A stretch of 32,542 bases of DNA from Methanobacteriota archaeon (GCA_020697715.1 JAEHCO010000009.1:1-32542); one strand, 5' to 3'; shown: positions 16,872 through 26,305, counted from the stretch's first letter. Program-made: numbers and translations. The notes: a model not told the origin generated them from the letters alone.

Positions 16872-19800
16872 TTACTCTGTCAGGTCTTCGTCATCATCCA
16901 TTGTTTCGGTATCTGGGGCAGGTTCAGTCGATGCTTCTTCTACTGCATCGACCTCCTCCTCCAGATCACTATCCTCTATTTCTTCTGCTTCCTCAGAACC
17001 TTCATCAGCCATATCCTTAGTTTCCTTACTCCCAGATCCCTTCATGAAGAGTATGGCTCCAACAATTCCAACAACGATCAATATTATGATGATCCAGAGC
17101 CAGGATGATGTGTTCTCGTCATCATCTGCATTGTCATCATCTGCATCATCATCGGTATCATCATCGTCATCTTCAACAATATCATCTAATACAAGACCTG
17201 TTGTTGAATCATCAGCTGTGTAGCCAGGGTTCCATTCATCTGGAGCTCCGTCATCGTCATCGTCCACAGATGCTGCTGGGTCAGTTGGGAAAGCATCTGC
17301 ATTGTCTCCCGTGCCGTCACCATCCGTGTCGCTGGTCTCACTGGCATCGGTTGGGAAATCATCCGCATTGTCGCCAACACCATCTGAATCAGTATCAACT
17401 GTTTCGGTTGCATCATTAGGGAAAGCATCATCTTCATCCGGCACGCCATCATCATCAGTATCGATAGGAACTACCTCAGCTCCAACCGTGTCATCCAGAG
17501 GATCCAGGTCATCAGCATCGACTACACCGTCACCATCATCGTCGGTGTCCTCATTGTTGCCTAAACCATCTCCATCAGTATCCACGGACTCATCTGGATC
17601 TGTCGGGAAGGCATCGTCCACATCATCGACCCCATCGCCGTCATCATCGGTATCTGCATTGTCACCGATGCCATCGTCGTCGGTATCGGTGTTCTCGGTC
17701 TCATCCAATGGGAAGTCATCATCTACATCATCGACCCCATCGTCGTCATCATCGGTATCTGCATTGTCACCGATGCCATCGTCGTCGGTATCGGTGTCCT
17801 CGGTCTCATCCAATGGGAAGTCATCATCTACATCATCGACCCCATCGCCGTCATCATCGGTATCTGCATTGTCTCCGATACCATCGTCGTCAGTATCGGT
17901 GTCCTCATTCGGGTCTGTTGGGAAAGCATCCTCTGTATCATCTACCCCATCGCCATCGTCGTCGGTGTCTGCACTATCATCCACCCCATCCCCATCTGTG
18001 TCTAACATCACCTGAATGGTCTCATTTGAATAAGCCACACCACCATTTCCATCACTCACAGACACTGTTAAATTATGATGACCAACGTCTGCGGCCAAGG
18101 GACTGCCAGTGAGCTCTCCTGTGGCAGGGTCAATGGATAGCCAGGCAGGACCTGCTTCCAATGCCCATGTCATAATATCGGTCGCATCCACATCAGTGGC
18201 TGTGAAGGTCTCTGTCAGGTCTTCGCTAGTCAATAGAGTGTTGGTTCCCCAGGTCGAGGTTATGATGGGAGCATCATTGGCACCGTTTATGGTTATTGTC
18301 ACGGTGGCAGTATCAAAGGCACCATTCCCATCACTGACAGTGTAACTGAATGTATCCGTTAAGCTCTCTCCGACAGCCAGTGTTTGATATGAGGTATTGC
18401 TCAAAGTGAGGTAGGTGAAGGACCCATTAGAGTTTACCACCATACCAACTCCGTTTGCTGTGTTTGCATCATTGCCAGTCACAATTATAGTGTCAGTATC
18501 ATTAGGATCAATATCATTGGCTCGGACTCCTGGTGCCGACACGCTCAAGGTAGTATCCTCATCAATTGCATAATTGTCATCAATTGCATCAGGAGGCCCA
18601 TTCAAGATCACTGCCACACCATCATCATTGTTCACAATATCTGGGTCTGAAGTGGTCGAGGTCACGGTTCCGTTGGCATAGAATATTCCGGTATCATTGG
18701 CTATGGAATCAACGACCAACCGGGCAACCTCGCCATTCATAAGCAGACCGATGTCCCAGGTGAAATTGTCATTTCCCCATGGTATCAATGTTTGATCGAA
18801 AACCACATTGCTCAGTTCACCCCCCTCCACATGGAAGGTGAAATTAACATCAAGTGCATTATTTGGTCCATTATTCGTCACATTGGCAAAGAATAGTATC
18901 TGACTGCCATTCTGAACGAGTGTGGGCGATGCCTCAAAGACCAGATCAATGTCAGCCGAGAAGGTCATTGGAGGCAGAGGCAAGAACATTGGATATTCCT
19001 GTAATTCATAAATTCCCCATACATTCGTGAAATCCCATCCAGCATTTGTGAAAGTGGATTGGGTTAACATGTCCACCGTGTTCTTCCCTGTAGCCCCATT
19101 TCCAGTCATGTGGCCAGATGTCTGATTGTCCCAGAAGCAGTTATTGGAATCTCCGTTCGGTTCTCCTAAAAAGCCGCCAACCAATGAATCGCCAGATGCT
19201 GATCCGACACTGTAGCTGTTGTTGATGACACCACCAGTCAGTTCATTCATTCCACCAAAGCCGCCAACGGTCATATTGATGGCCGAAACATCACCATGCG
19301 CGTAACAGTTCTCTATGAAGCCACTGAGAGTGTTCAGGCCCACAAAGCCGCCGACCATTGAATAGCCAGAAACAGAACCTGTCGCAAAGCTCATGTTGAC
19401 ATCTCCATCATTGGTCCCAACAATTCCTCCGACAGAATTATTACCAGATACACTGCCTTCTGTAAAGCACCGGGTGATGGTTCCCTGATTACTGCCCACC
19501 AGACCACCTGTGTTGTTGACACCAGTAACAGTACCGTAGGCTGATGAGGTGGTCAGTGTAGCGACCGGCATCCGACCCAGGAGACCGCCAGTGTTACTCT
19601 GTCCCGTCACGTTACCTCGGGCTGTGCAATTATTGATATTGTTGGAGTTCAAATTACCAATGAGACCGCCGGTATAGTCACCACCACCGGATACATCTCC
19701 GTAAGCATTGGAGTGCGATACCCCTCCGTGGCTGGAATAGCCCATAAGACCGCCGACATTGTTGCCGGTTCCATTGACTTCTCCGTATGCGTTGCATAGA

Positions 19801-22145
19801 GTGGTCGGGGTGTTGGGGGTTGGGTCGCTGTTCTGACCTATAAGGCCGCCGACATTGCTGGTGCCGCTCACGAACCCGCTGGCAGTGCAATTCGTTACCG
19901 GAACCTGGTAGTTATAGCCGCTCAATCCACCTACATTTCCTCCATTTGCCGATACATTTCCGTAAGCATTGTTGTTGATCATCTGGTTGCCAACAGTCCC
20001 CTGGTGTTCGCCCACGATACCTCCCACCGTGCTTGCCCCCTGGGTGTCTCCGTAAGAGTTGCAGTTCTGTATCGTGGCCCATGCCACGTATCCCACAATA
20101 CCGCCGATCTGGCTACCCGAACCATTCATGTTTCCATATGTTTTGCTATTTGAAATGGTTATCCAGGTGCTGGAACCGACCAAACCTCCGGATCGTCCAC
20201 CAGCACTTTCTACATCACCGTGAGCAGTACAGTTGTTCAGGCTTGCCTGTATGAGCCAACCCACAAGACCGCCAATACTGGCAGTTCCTGCTGTACTGGT
20301 TCCTTCCACATCACCGTAGGCATTTGAGTTAACAAGTGTCCCGCTTTCGCGCCCTATCAAGCCACCTACATTGGCTGTTCCATAAACACCATTGTAGGCA
20401 TTGCAGGCATTGATCGTTCCACCGGATGCATATCCAACAAGTCCACCTACGCCATAGCCAGTGGAATTGACATTGCCATATGTCTCGCAGTTGGTAACAG
20501 TCGTACCAGTGGTGTTGCCGATAAGGCCACCAAGGTTCTGAGTCGCGCCAGTACCTGCGAAAATTGCTCCTGAAACTGAGCAGTCCTCTATCAAGCTACT
20601 GATGGCAGTGCCAGCCAAACCGCCGACCGCATTATGGGCGTAGATGTATGTATCCAAAATCTGAACTTCGGAAATGTCCGCATTGGATAGGAAACCGAAC
20701 AGGCCAGCGTAGTTCATTGAACTCCTGTTGATAAAGAGCCCGCTTATGGAGTGGTTATCACCCTCAAGTGAACCTGTAAATCTAGTAGACACATCGCCCA
20801 CGGGCGTGAAGCCTTTCATCGCATTCCAGTTCACAGTGTCAGTGGCATCGATATCGTTCATGATGGTGTAATTCTCACCCAGATCAACAGCCATCAACTG
20901 GAGGTCAATAACATCAGTTATCTCACTAGTGGTCTCGAATTGAAGGTGTGGGTACCCAGCCATGAACCAGTTCCCAATAGTTCCATCGCCTATAATGCTG
21001 AAATCCCAACCCAATAAATTGGCCTGATCGAATAATTCCAAAGTTGTGAGACCAGTAACACCAATAGGATCAGCTGATGTTCCTTCAACTCCGTCCATTG
21101 TGTTTGATGTGTCTGTGTCCCAGTAGCAGTTGTAATAGTCCATGGAGTTGTTGCCGCCAAAGAACCCGCCGTACATATCAGTGACCATCCAACCAGGATC
21201 TCCGGTTGCATAACAGTTTTCCACAATATCCAAATTCACGCCGCTATCAATTCCTCCAAAGGCACCGACAATATTGAAGCCAACAACATCTCCAGCTGCA
21301 TAGCAGTTCCTTATCTGTGCGCCTTCCATGCGACCAACAAATCCACCTGCCACATATGTTCCAGCAACATCACCAGTTGCATAGCACTGGCTTGCATTTG
21401 TACCCTGCCCCATTATGCCGATCGCACCGCCGATCGGACCCATATTGGAATTCATTGCAGTCGAGACATCCCCAGTTGCTGCTGAACGCATAATCCAACT
21501 GCCATTATACATGGCGCCAATAAGACCACCCATCCTTTGATTTACAGAGTTGGTAGAATACACTGTAGCTTCACTTATTGAATCTGTTATATCTCCTAAT
21601 GAAAGAATGCCAGCAATTCCGCCAACATATCTTCCGCCAGTAACACTACCATTTACCAGGCAATTTACTATATTATAGCCTTCAAAGATCCCGGTGATCG
21701 ACCCTGTATAGTCATTACCTGTTATATCTGCATTTAATAAGTTTAAATTGGTAATATTAGCTGTGCCAGAGGCATATCCGAATAATCCCACATGAACTTC
21801 CCCACTTCTATCAATATATAGATTATTAATAGTTTTTCCATCTCCTTCTAATGAGCCTGTGAAAGGTGTGGCCAAGTCTCCAATGGGGTCAAACCCACCA
21901 CCCCATCCAGATGTGGCACTGGCATCAATGTCATTGATCAGAATATAATGTGCGCTTAAATTAGCACTCATGTTCTGCAAGTCATCAATGTCCGTAATCT
22001 GATATGGATCCCCTATGGTTCCATCCCCGCCAATGAACTCTAGCACAGCAGGGGTGGGTTCAGAAATAACCGCTGGCAACATCGCGCTCAGTGGTACTAT
22101 CATCATCAAAACACATACTATTAAAGGCATCATCTTATGCTTCAT
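16872..22145 (-). CDS. large membrane-anchored cell-surface protein (1757 aa): signal peptide, two GLUG-repeat blocks, DUF11-like, cadherin/Ig-like domains, thrombospondin type-3 Ca-binding repeats, TM helix, acidic tail
   Basis: FIGGDGTIGDPYQI start and many VGGLVG repeats; VTNNGPNNALDV; PDAIDDNYAIDED/TDTFSYTVSDGNG; WLSIDPATGELTGSP; DTDGDG.GDN.D.DDDGDG repeats; WLWIIIILIVVGIVGAILF anchor; GAAGGAG RBS before ATG 22145. Confidence 0.88.
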   Translation of the reverse strand: MKHKMMPLIVCVLMMIVPLSAMLPAVISEPTPAVLEFIGGDGTIGDPYQITDIDDLQNMSANLSAHYILINDIDASATSGWGGGFDPIGDLATPFTGSLEGDGKTINNLYIDRSGEVHVGLFGYASGTANITNLNLLNADITGNDYTGSITGIFEGYNIVNCLVNGSVTGGRYVGGIAGILSLGDITDSISEATVYSTNSVNQRMGGLIGAMYNGSWIMRSAATGDVSTAMNSNMGPIGGAIGIMGQGTNASQCYATGDVAGTYVAGGFVGRMEGAQIRNCYAAGDVVGFNIVGAFGGIDSGVNLDIVENCYATGDPGWMVTDMYGGFFGGNNSMDYYNCYWDTDTSNTMDGVEGTSADPIGVTGLTTLELFDQANLLGWDFSIIGDGTIGNWFMAGYPHLQFETTSEITDVIDLQLMAVDLGENYTIMNDIDATDTVNWNAMKGFTPVGDVSTRFTGSLEGDNHSISGLFINRSSMNYAGLFGFLSNADISEVQILDTYIYAHNAVGGLAGTAISSLIEDCSVSGAIFAGTGATQNLGGLIGNTTGTTVTNCETYGNVNSTGYGVGGLVGYASGGTINACNAYNGVYGTANVGGLIGRESGTLVNSNAYGDVEGTSTAGTASIGGLVGWLIQASLNNCTAHGDVESAGGRSGGLVGSSTWITISNSKTYGNMNGSGSQIGGIVGYVAWATIQNCNSYGDTQGASTVGGIVGEHQGTVGNQMINNNAYGNVSANGGNVGGLSGYNYQVPVTNCTASGFVSGTSNVGGLIGQNSDPTPNTPTTLCNAYGEVNGTGNNVGGLMGYSSHGGVSHSNAYGDVSGGGDYTGGLIGNLNSNNINNCTARGNVTGQSNTGGLLGRMPVATLTTSSAYGTVTGVNNTGGLVGSNQGTITRCFTEGSVSGNNSVGGIVGTNDGDVNMSFATGSVSGYSMVGGFVGLNTLSGFIENCYAHGDVSAINMTVGGFGGMNELTGGVINNSYSVGSASGDSLVGGFLGEPNGDSNNCFWDNQTSGHMTGNGATGKNTVDMLTQSTFTNAGWDFTNVWGIYELQEYPMFLPLPPMTFSADIDLVFEASPTLVQNGSQILFFANVTNNGPNNALDVNFTFHVEGGELSNVVFDQTLIPWGNDNFTWDIGLLMNGEVARLVVDSIANDTGIFYANGTVTSTTSDPDIVNNDDGVAVILNGPPDAIDDNYAIDEDTTLSVSAPGVRANDIDPNDTDTIIVTGNDANTANGVGMVVNSNGSFTYLTLSNTSYQTLAVGESLTDTFSYTVSDGNGAFDTATVTITINGANDAPIITSTWGTNTLLTSEDLTETFTATDVDATDIMTWALEAGPAWLSIDPATGELTGSPLAADVGHHNLTVSVSDGNGGVAYSNETIQVMLDTDGDGVDDSADTDDDGDGVDDTEDAFPTDPNEDTDTDDDGIGDNADTDDDGDGVDDVDDDFPLDETEDTDTDDDGIGDNADTDDDDDGVDDVDDDFPLDETENTDTDDDGIGDNADTDDDGDGVDDVDDAFPTDPDESVDTDGDGLGNNEDTDDDGDGVVDADDLDPLDDTVGAEVVPIDTDDDGVPDEDDAFPNDATETVDTDSDGVGDNADDFPTDASETSDTDGDGTGDNADAFPTDPAASVDDDDDGAPDEWNPGYTADDSTTGLVLDDIVEDDDDDTDDDADDDNADDDENTSSWLWIIIILIVVGIVGAILFMKGSGSKETKDMADEGSEEAEEIEDSDLEEEVDAVEEASTEPAPDTETMDDDEDLTE
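17621..17935. repeat. 105-bp tandem repeat (35-aa TSP3 unit), 3 copies
   Basis: Units start at 17621, 17726 and 17831. Units 1 and 2 differ at only 2 of 105 positions; unit 3 diverges in its right half. Confidence 0.9.
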
Positions 22146-22248
22146 GTACTCTTCTCCTTCACTAACTATTGAATATAGCAGGATTATTGAAGTAATTTTG
22201 CATAACCCCACCCTCAACCTTTTCTACCAGTTCCACATTATCCAACTG

Positions 22249-22815
22249 ATGGGAATCGTTACTATACTCGGCCAGGCCTTGTGGTTCATACTTCCAGCCC
22301 TGGCTCCCAGCTCCGGCGCAGTTCTGACAGGAGGCGGCACACCTATCGACTTCGGCAAGGTCGCGAAGGATGGGAGACCAATTCTTGGCCCTGGCAAGAC
22401 ATGGAGAGGCTTGATCGGTGGAACCCTTACCGGGATGGCACTGGGCGCGATATTCAATTTTCTGGCTCTCAATGTCCTTGACAAGCCAGAGTGGTCCTTC
22501 GGGGAATGGGGAGATGCCATTCCACTTTTGTTCTTCCTGGCTTTCGGCTCCATGATCGGCGATCTGTTGGGCAGCTTCCTGAAGAGAAGATTAGGCAAGG
22601 AAAAAGGTTCGAAATTCCCGATAATGGATCAATATGACTTACTTATCGGCTCCCTTATCTTCATACTCATATTCGAGTTCTCGTGGTTCGAGAGCCAGTA
22701 CCTTGCTGGAGATCATATCTTCGGCCTTATTTTCATAATCGTACTGATACCAATCCTGCATCGGCTGACCAATATAATCGGCTACAAGATGGGAAAGAAG
22801 GAGGTGCCCTGGTGA
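22249..22815 (+). CDS. carS: CDP-archaeol synthase
   Basis: LWFILPA, GGGTPIDFGK...DGRPILGPGKTWRG, GDLLGSFLKRRLG, DQYD, LHRLTNIIGYKMGKKEVPW. ATG 22249 preferred over track start 22015. Confidence 0.93.
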   Translation: MGIVTILGQALWFILPALAPSSGAVLTGGGTPIDFGKVAKDGRPILGPGKTWRGLIGGTLTGMALGAIFNFLALNVLDKPEWSFGEWGDAIPLLFFLAFGSMIGDLLGSFLKRRLGKEKGSKFPIMDQYDLLIGSLIFILIFEFSWFESQYLAGDHIFGLIFIIVLIPILHRLTNIIGYKMGKKEVPW

Positions 22816-22857
22816 TCTGGCCCTCCCATAGATATGCGATTCAAATAGGTGATTCAA

Positions 22858-23370
22858 ATGCTTGAAGAAATGATAGTCAAATTGGGCGCGTTCAAGACCG
22901 GGAAGTTCACACTGGCTTCCGGCAGGGAGAGCGATTATTATGTCGATCTGAGAGTGGCGATAACACAGCCTGACTTTCTAAAGGCTGTGGCTGAGGCCAT
23001 GGCCCCACATACAGATGGCATCGACAGGGTTGCGGGAGTTGCATTGAGCGCGGTTCCCATTGCGGCCGCGCTTTCTCTGGAAACTGGAAAGCCATATCTG
23101 ATGATCAGAAAGGCCAGCAAGGGTCACGGCACCCAGAAGAGAGTGGAAGGCACTATCGAGAAGGGTGATAAGGTCATCTTTGTCGAGGACACCGCCACAA
23201 CAGCTGGTAGCCTGATAAATGCCATCGAGTGCGTGAGGGAAGTTGGTGGCATCGTGGAAAAGGCTATAGTCATTGTCGATCGGGAAGAGGGTGCGGCCCA
23301 GAACCTGGCAGATGCCGGGGTGGAAATGCACTCACTGGCTTCCATTGATAAGCTGAGGGAATTCAGCTGA
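22858..23370 (+). CDS. pyrE: orotate phosphoribosyltransferase
   Basis: GKFTLASGRESDYYVD, IRKASKGHG, PRPP-binding VIFVEDTATTAGS, VDREEG; GGTGA RBS before ATG 22858. Confidence 0.95.
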   Translation: MLEEMIVKLGAFKTGKFTLASGRESDYYVDLRVAITQPDFLKAVAEAMAPHTDGIDRVAGVALSAVPIAAALSLETGKPYLMIRKASKGHGTQKRVEGTIEKGDKVIFVEDTATTAGSLINAIECVREVGGIVEKAIVIVDREEGAAQNLADAGVEMHSLASIDKLREFS

Positions 23371-23379
23371 TACATATAG

Positions 23380-23433
23380 ATGAAGGTAGTAGTAGTCGGC
23401 AGCCGTGGAGTAAATTCTTTGAATGGAAGATAA
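23380..23433 (+). pseudogene. 17-codon ORF MKVVVVGSRGVNSLNGR, probable N-terminal remnant of a Rossmann/SLOG-like gene
   Basis: Begins 9 nt after the pyrE stop with a typical first-beta-strand motif (MKVVVVGSRG) and then terminates. Confidence 0.35.
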
Positions 23434-23451
23434 ATGTAGTCGTATTAACTC

Positions 23452-23616
23452 TTCTAATCGCTAGTGGGATACAAAACTAAGGCGATTAGAAATCCCATCA
23501 ATAATCATTCAATTAAACGCGGAGCTTTTAACTCCGCGAGTTTGGGCATATGGCCTTGAATACAAATTTTCGCCTTGATCTACTGCAAATACATGCTTAA
23601 AAGGCGATAGTTTGTA
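23452..23616. other. cluster of three hairpins between pyrE and rpo11
   Basis: TTCTAATCGC/GCGATTAGAA (23452-23491), CGCGGAG/CTCCGCG (23518-23538), TACAAATTTTCGCCTT/AAGGCGATAGTTTGTA (23561-23616). Confidence 0.5.
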
Positions 23617-23662
23617 GAAACCTTAAATATACATGAGAATATCAGCCCTACTCGGTGCTCCT

Positions 23663-23935
23663 ATGAAATTCATTCTCGTAGAAAAAGAAAAGGACAGCAT
23701 AAAGATCGAGGTCGCGGAACCTGACCAGACATTGATCCAGCCCATAATAGTGGAATTGCTGAAAGATAAGAACGTGAAGACAGCCCAGGTATTCCAGAGG
23801 CATCCGGTTCTCGACAAGCCACTTATTTACGTCACCATGAACTCTGGCAAGCCGGAAACTGCGATCAAGAAGGCCGTGAAGGGTCTTTCTGCAGAATATG
23901 GTAAGGCTCTGGACAAACTAGAGAAAGTATTGTGA
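23663..23935 (+). CDS. rpo11: DNA-directed RNA polymerase subunit L (Rpo11)
   Basis: 90 aa; IKIEV..DQTL...IVELLKDKNVKTA...HPVLDKP.IYV...GKPETAIKKA pattern of RpoL/Rpb11; TTAAATA box at about 23623. Confidence 0.85.
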   Translation: MKFILVEKEKDSIKIEVAEPDQTLIQPIIVELLKDKNVKTAQVFQRHPVLDKPLIYVTMNSGKPETAIKKAVKGLSAEYGKALDKLEKVL

Positions 23936-25257
23936 TGTCCGATATTCTGCCAGCTGGAGCCCAGGAAAAGCAGATAGGTCTTGAATATTTTTATACCAAT
24001 ACCGAAGGTCTTGGCGGTCGGCTGAGGACGACCGCCGAGGATTTTCGAGTAATAGAAAGGTCAGATATGCCCCTGGAGGCCAAAGGCCATTTCACTGCCG
24101 CTATTGTGACATCCAAGAACTGGGAGACCAATCGCCTCGTCAGAAAGATGGCGAAGAATCTCCGAATAAGTCGCAGGAATATCATGTTCTGCGGGACCAA
24201 GGATAAGCGGGCTGTCACGACCCAACTTTTTGTCTTCCAAACCACACTGGAAAATGTGAACATGATGCACATGCCAGATGTCACGGTGGAAAAAGCCTAT
24301 AGCACCCACAAGCGCGTGAACATAGGCGATCTCTTTGGTAATCAATTCGAGATCGTTCTGCGTGATCTGGAAAAGCCCATCGACGAGGCCACCAGCATAG
24401 CAACAGAAGCAGTTGCCCAACTCAAGGAACTGGGTGGCTTTCCAAATTATTTCGGCATACAGCGCTTTGGCGCGGTAAGGCCCATCACCCACAAAGTAGG
24501 CCGTCACATGATAGAAGGCCAGTTCAAGGAAGCGGCTGACTTGTATCTTTTCGATATTGTTGGCAATGAGAACCCGGGAACCATCGAAGCCCGAAAGCGG
24601 CTGAAAAAAGAGGGCGATTATGCAGACGCCCTCGTTTACTATCCCGATCACATGGGCTTTGAGAAAGCGATCTTGAATCATCTGGCACTCCATCCAGATG
24701 ATCATATCGGAGCTCTGGAGCAACTTCCTAAGAATCTGCTAATGATGTTCATCCACGCTTATCAATCGTACATATTCAATAAGACCATGAGCGAGAGGAT
24801 GGCTCAGGGCCTGCCCTTGAACGAGCCAGTTCCGGGGGACGCGGTTCTGAAGATGGACAAATACGGGCTGCCGGATCACAAGAACTGGGTGATGGCCAAT
24901 GATACTAACATCCCTAAACTTACAAAGCTGATAGGCAAACAAAAGGCCTTCATCAGCGCTCCACTTATCGGTCATGAGTCCGAATTCGCCGAGGGCCAGC
25001 CAGGTGAAATTGAGTTGAAAATATTCGAGGCCGAGAAGATAAGCCAAAAGGATTTCATCATACCAAAATTGGAAAGGATGAGTTCCAAGGGCACGAGGCG
25101 GGAAGTGCTCTGTCCACTCAATGATCTCGGGCTTTCCAGTGTGGATATTGACTCGGAAAATCCAGGTCTGAAACTGGATTTCGATCTGAACAAAGGATGT
25201 TATGCCACCACCCTGTTGAGGGAATTCATGAAGTCCGAGAACTTGCTGGACTATTGA
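23935..25257 (+). CDS. truD: tRNA pseudouridine(13) synthase TruD/Pus7
   Basis: EDFRVIE, GTKDKRAVTTQ (catalytic Asp), GNQFEIVLR, FPNYFGIQRFG, FIHAYQSYIFN, KGCYATTLLREFMK; TGATG overlap with rpo11. Confidence 0.95.
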   Translation: MSDILPAGAQEKQIGLEYFYTNTEGLGGRLRTTAEDFRVIERSDMPLEAKGHFTAAIVTSKNWETNRLVRKMAKNLRISRRNIMFCGTKDKRAVTTQLFVFQTTLENVNMMHMPDVTVEKAYSTHKRVNIGDLFGNQFEIVLRDLEKPIDEATSIATEAVAQLKELGGFPNYFGIQRFGAVRPITHKVGRHMIEGQFKEAADLYLFDIVGNENPGTIEARKRLKKEGDYADALVYYPDHMGFEKAILNHLALHPDDHIGALEQLPKNLLMMFIHAYQSYIFNKTMSERMAQGLPLNEPVPGDAVLKMDKYGLPDHKNWVMANDTNIPKLTKLIGKQKAFISAPLIGHESEFAEGQPGEIELKIFEAEKISQKDFIIPKLERMSSKGTRREVLCPLNDLGLSSVDIDSENPGLKLDFDLNKGCYATTLLREFMKSENLLDY

Positions 25258-25333
25258 AATTTCCTTTAACAAAAAACTGTACCAATTTACTTAAGTATGG
25301 TCTAAGCCAATTATGATATGAGGTGGAAGTAGA

Positions 25334-25990
25334 ATGAAGATCAAAGATAATATTGATGCTGGCTTGGATATAAAGATCATTGTGGCTATAATGGCTGTTA
25401 TTGTGATCACAGCATCCGCCGTCTGGTATTATTCTGAGAACGATAGAAATGATGATAATGACGATATCAATGATGATCTTGGGAACAATACATCTGGATC
25501 CACCGACTATTTGAATTTCACTGGCAACTATGTCGAGCTTGTAAAATACGGGGGCCTGTCTTTCGATACCAGCCGTTTGGTTGTTTTTGAGAATGGCAGT
25601 TATTATTATTTCGATTATTACCCCAATGAGATGTGGTTCAATGTCACAGAGGAGTATAACAACATATCGAAGGAAGAATCTCAATGTCTTTATGATTATC
25701 TCAATATAAGTAATGAAGACTATGATGATTATATTGTATATCATTCACAGAAAGGAATTCTCACCAATGCCAGCTTATTGGACTCAATGTTCAATAACCA
25801 ATCATTGATCCAAGAGTTCTGTTTGTTGAACGATACATACAGGGTGTTCGAGATCACAGATGGCGGTTCACGTGCAATTCATGTAAAAATAGACAATTAT
25901 GAACATTATGTGTCCACTAACTCGGTATCTTATGATTCAGAAGTATTTATTGAATATATGGAACTGTTAATGGAAGCCGACCCAAATTGA
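25334..25990 (+). CDS. hypothetical membrane-anchored extracellular protein
   Basis: Single N-terminal TM (IIVAIMAVIVITASAVWYY), N/D-rich linker, 10 N-x-S/T sequons; GAGGTGG RBS; AT-richer than its neighbours. Confidence 0.7.
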   Translation: MKIKDNIDAGLDIKIIVAIMAVIVITASAVWYYSENDRNDDNDDINDDLGNNTSGSTDYLNFTGNYVELVKYGGLSFDTSRLVVFENGSYYYFDYYPNEMWFNVTEEYNNISKEESQCLYDYLNISNEDYDDYIVYHSQKGILTNASLLDSMFNNQSLIQEFCLLNDTYRVFEITDGGSRAIHVKIDNYEHYVSTNSVSYDSEVFIEYMELLMEADPN

Positions 25991-26044
25991 CGTAACCAGA
26001 TGGGCGATACACTGTGCCAGTAGAGCATAGAACATGCAAAGAAT

Positions 26045-26234
26045 ATTCTCAGCAGAGCGATAATTCTGCAAGCATGCCCCGTCTAAACACAGTGTATTCT
26101 CATTGTGCGGGCGGGGTATTATATTCGATAATTATTCGGGTGACAGCTGCGATGTGCCAGCAAAAGAATGAACCACTCGCTTTCAAGGCGAGTGGGAAAA
26201 CCAAACCCCGACCCGATCAAAGCAGGGTCGGGGT
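26045..26234 (+). ncRNA. copy B of the repeated multi-hairpin non-coding element
   Basis: CATGCCCCGTCT-N24-GGGCGGGGTA-N4-ATTCGATAATTATTCGGGTGACAG (26073-26146), then GCTG/CAGC, CCACTCGC/GCGAGTGG and ACCCCGACCC/GGGTCGGGGT stems, followed by a C/A-rich tract. Confidence 0.55.
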
Positions 26235-26305
26235 CCTTATCCTCACCCCACATAACAAATCCCAACTCCACACCCTCTCACCCAGCTTGACAAACCCTCA
26301 CGTAC

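Noticed and set aside
17621-17935. Possible CRISPR array
   Set aside because: The repeats are contiguous 105-bp in-frame coding units with no unique spacers, and no cas genes are present.
17105-18345. Ser-rich (17302-18015) and His/Arg-rich (17105-17419, 17708-18112) ORFs on the + strand
   Set aside because: Antisense shadows of the Asp-rich TSP3 repeats (GAT/GAC codons) of the surface-protein gene.
22015-22248. Extended overlapping starts for carS (22015) and the surface protein (22217)
   Set aside because: They would overlap head to head; ATG 22249 and ATG 22145 give normal N-termini and a divergent promoter gap.
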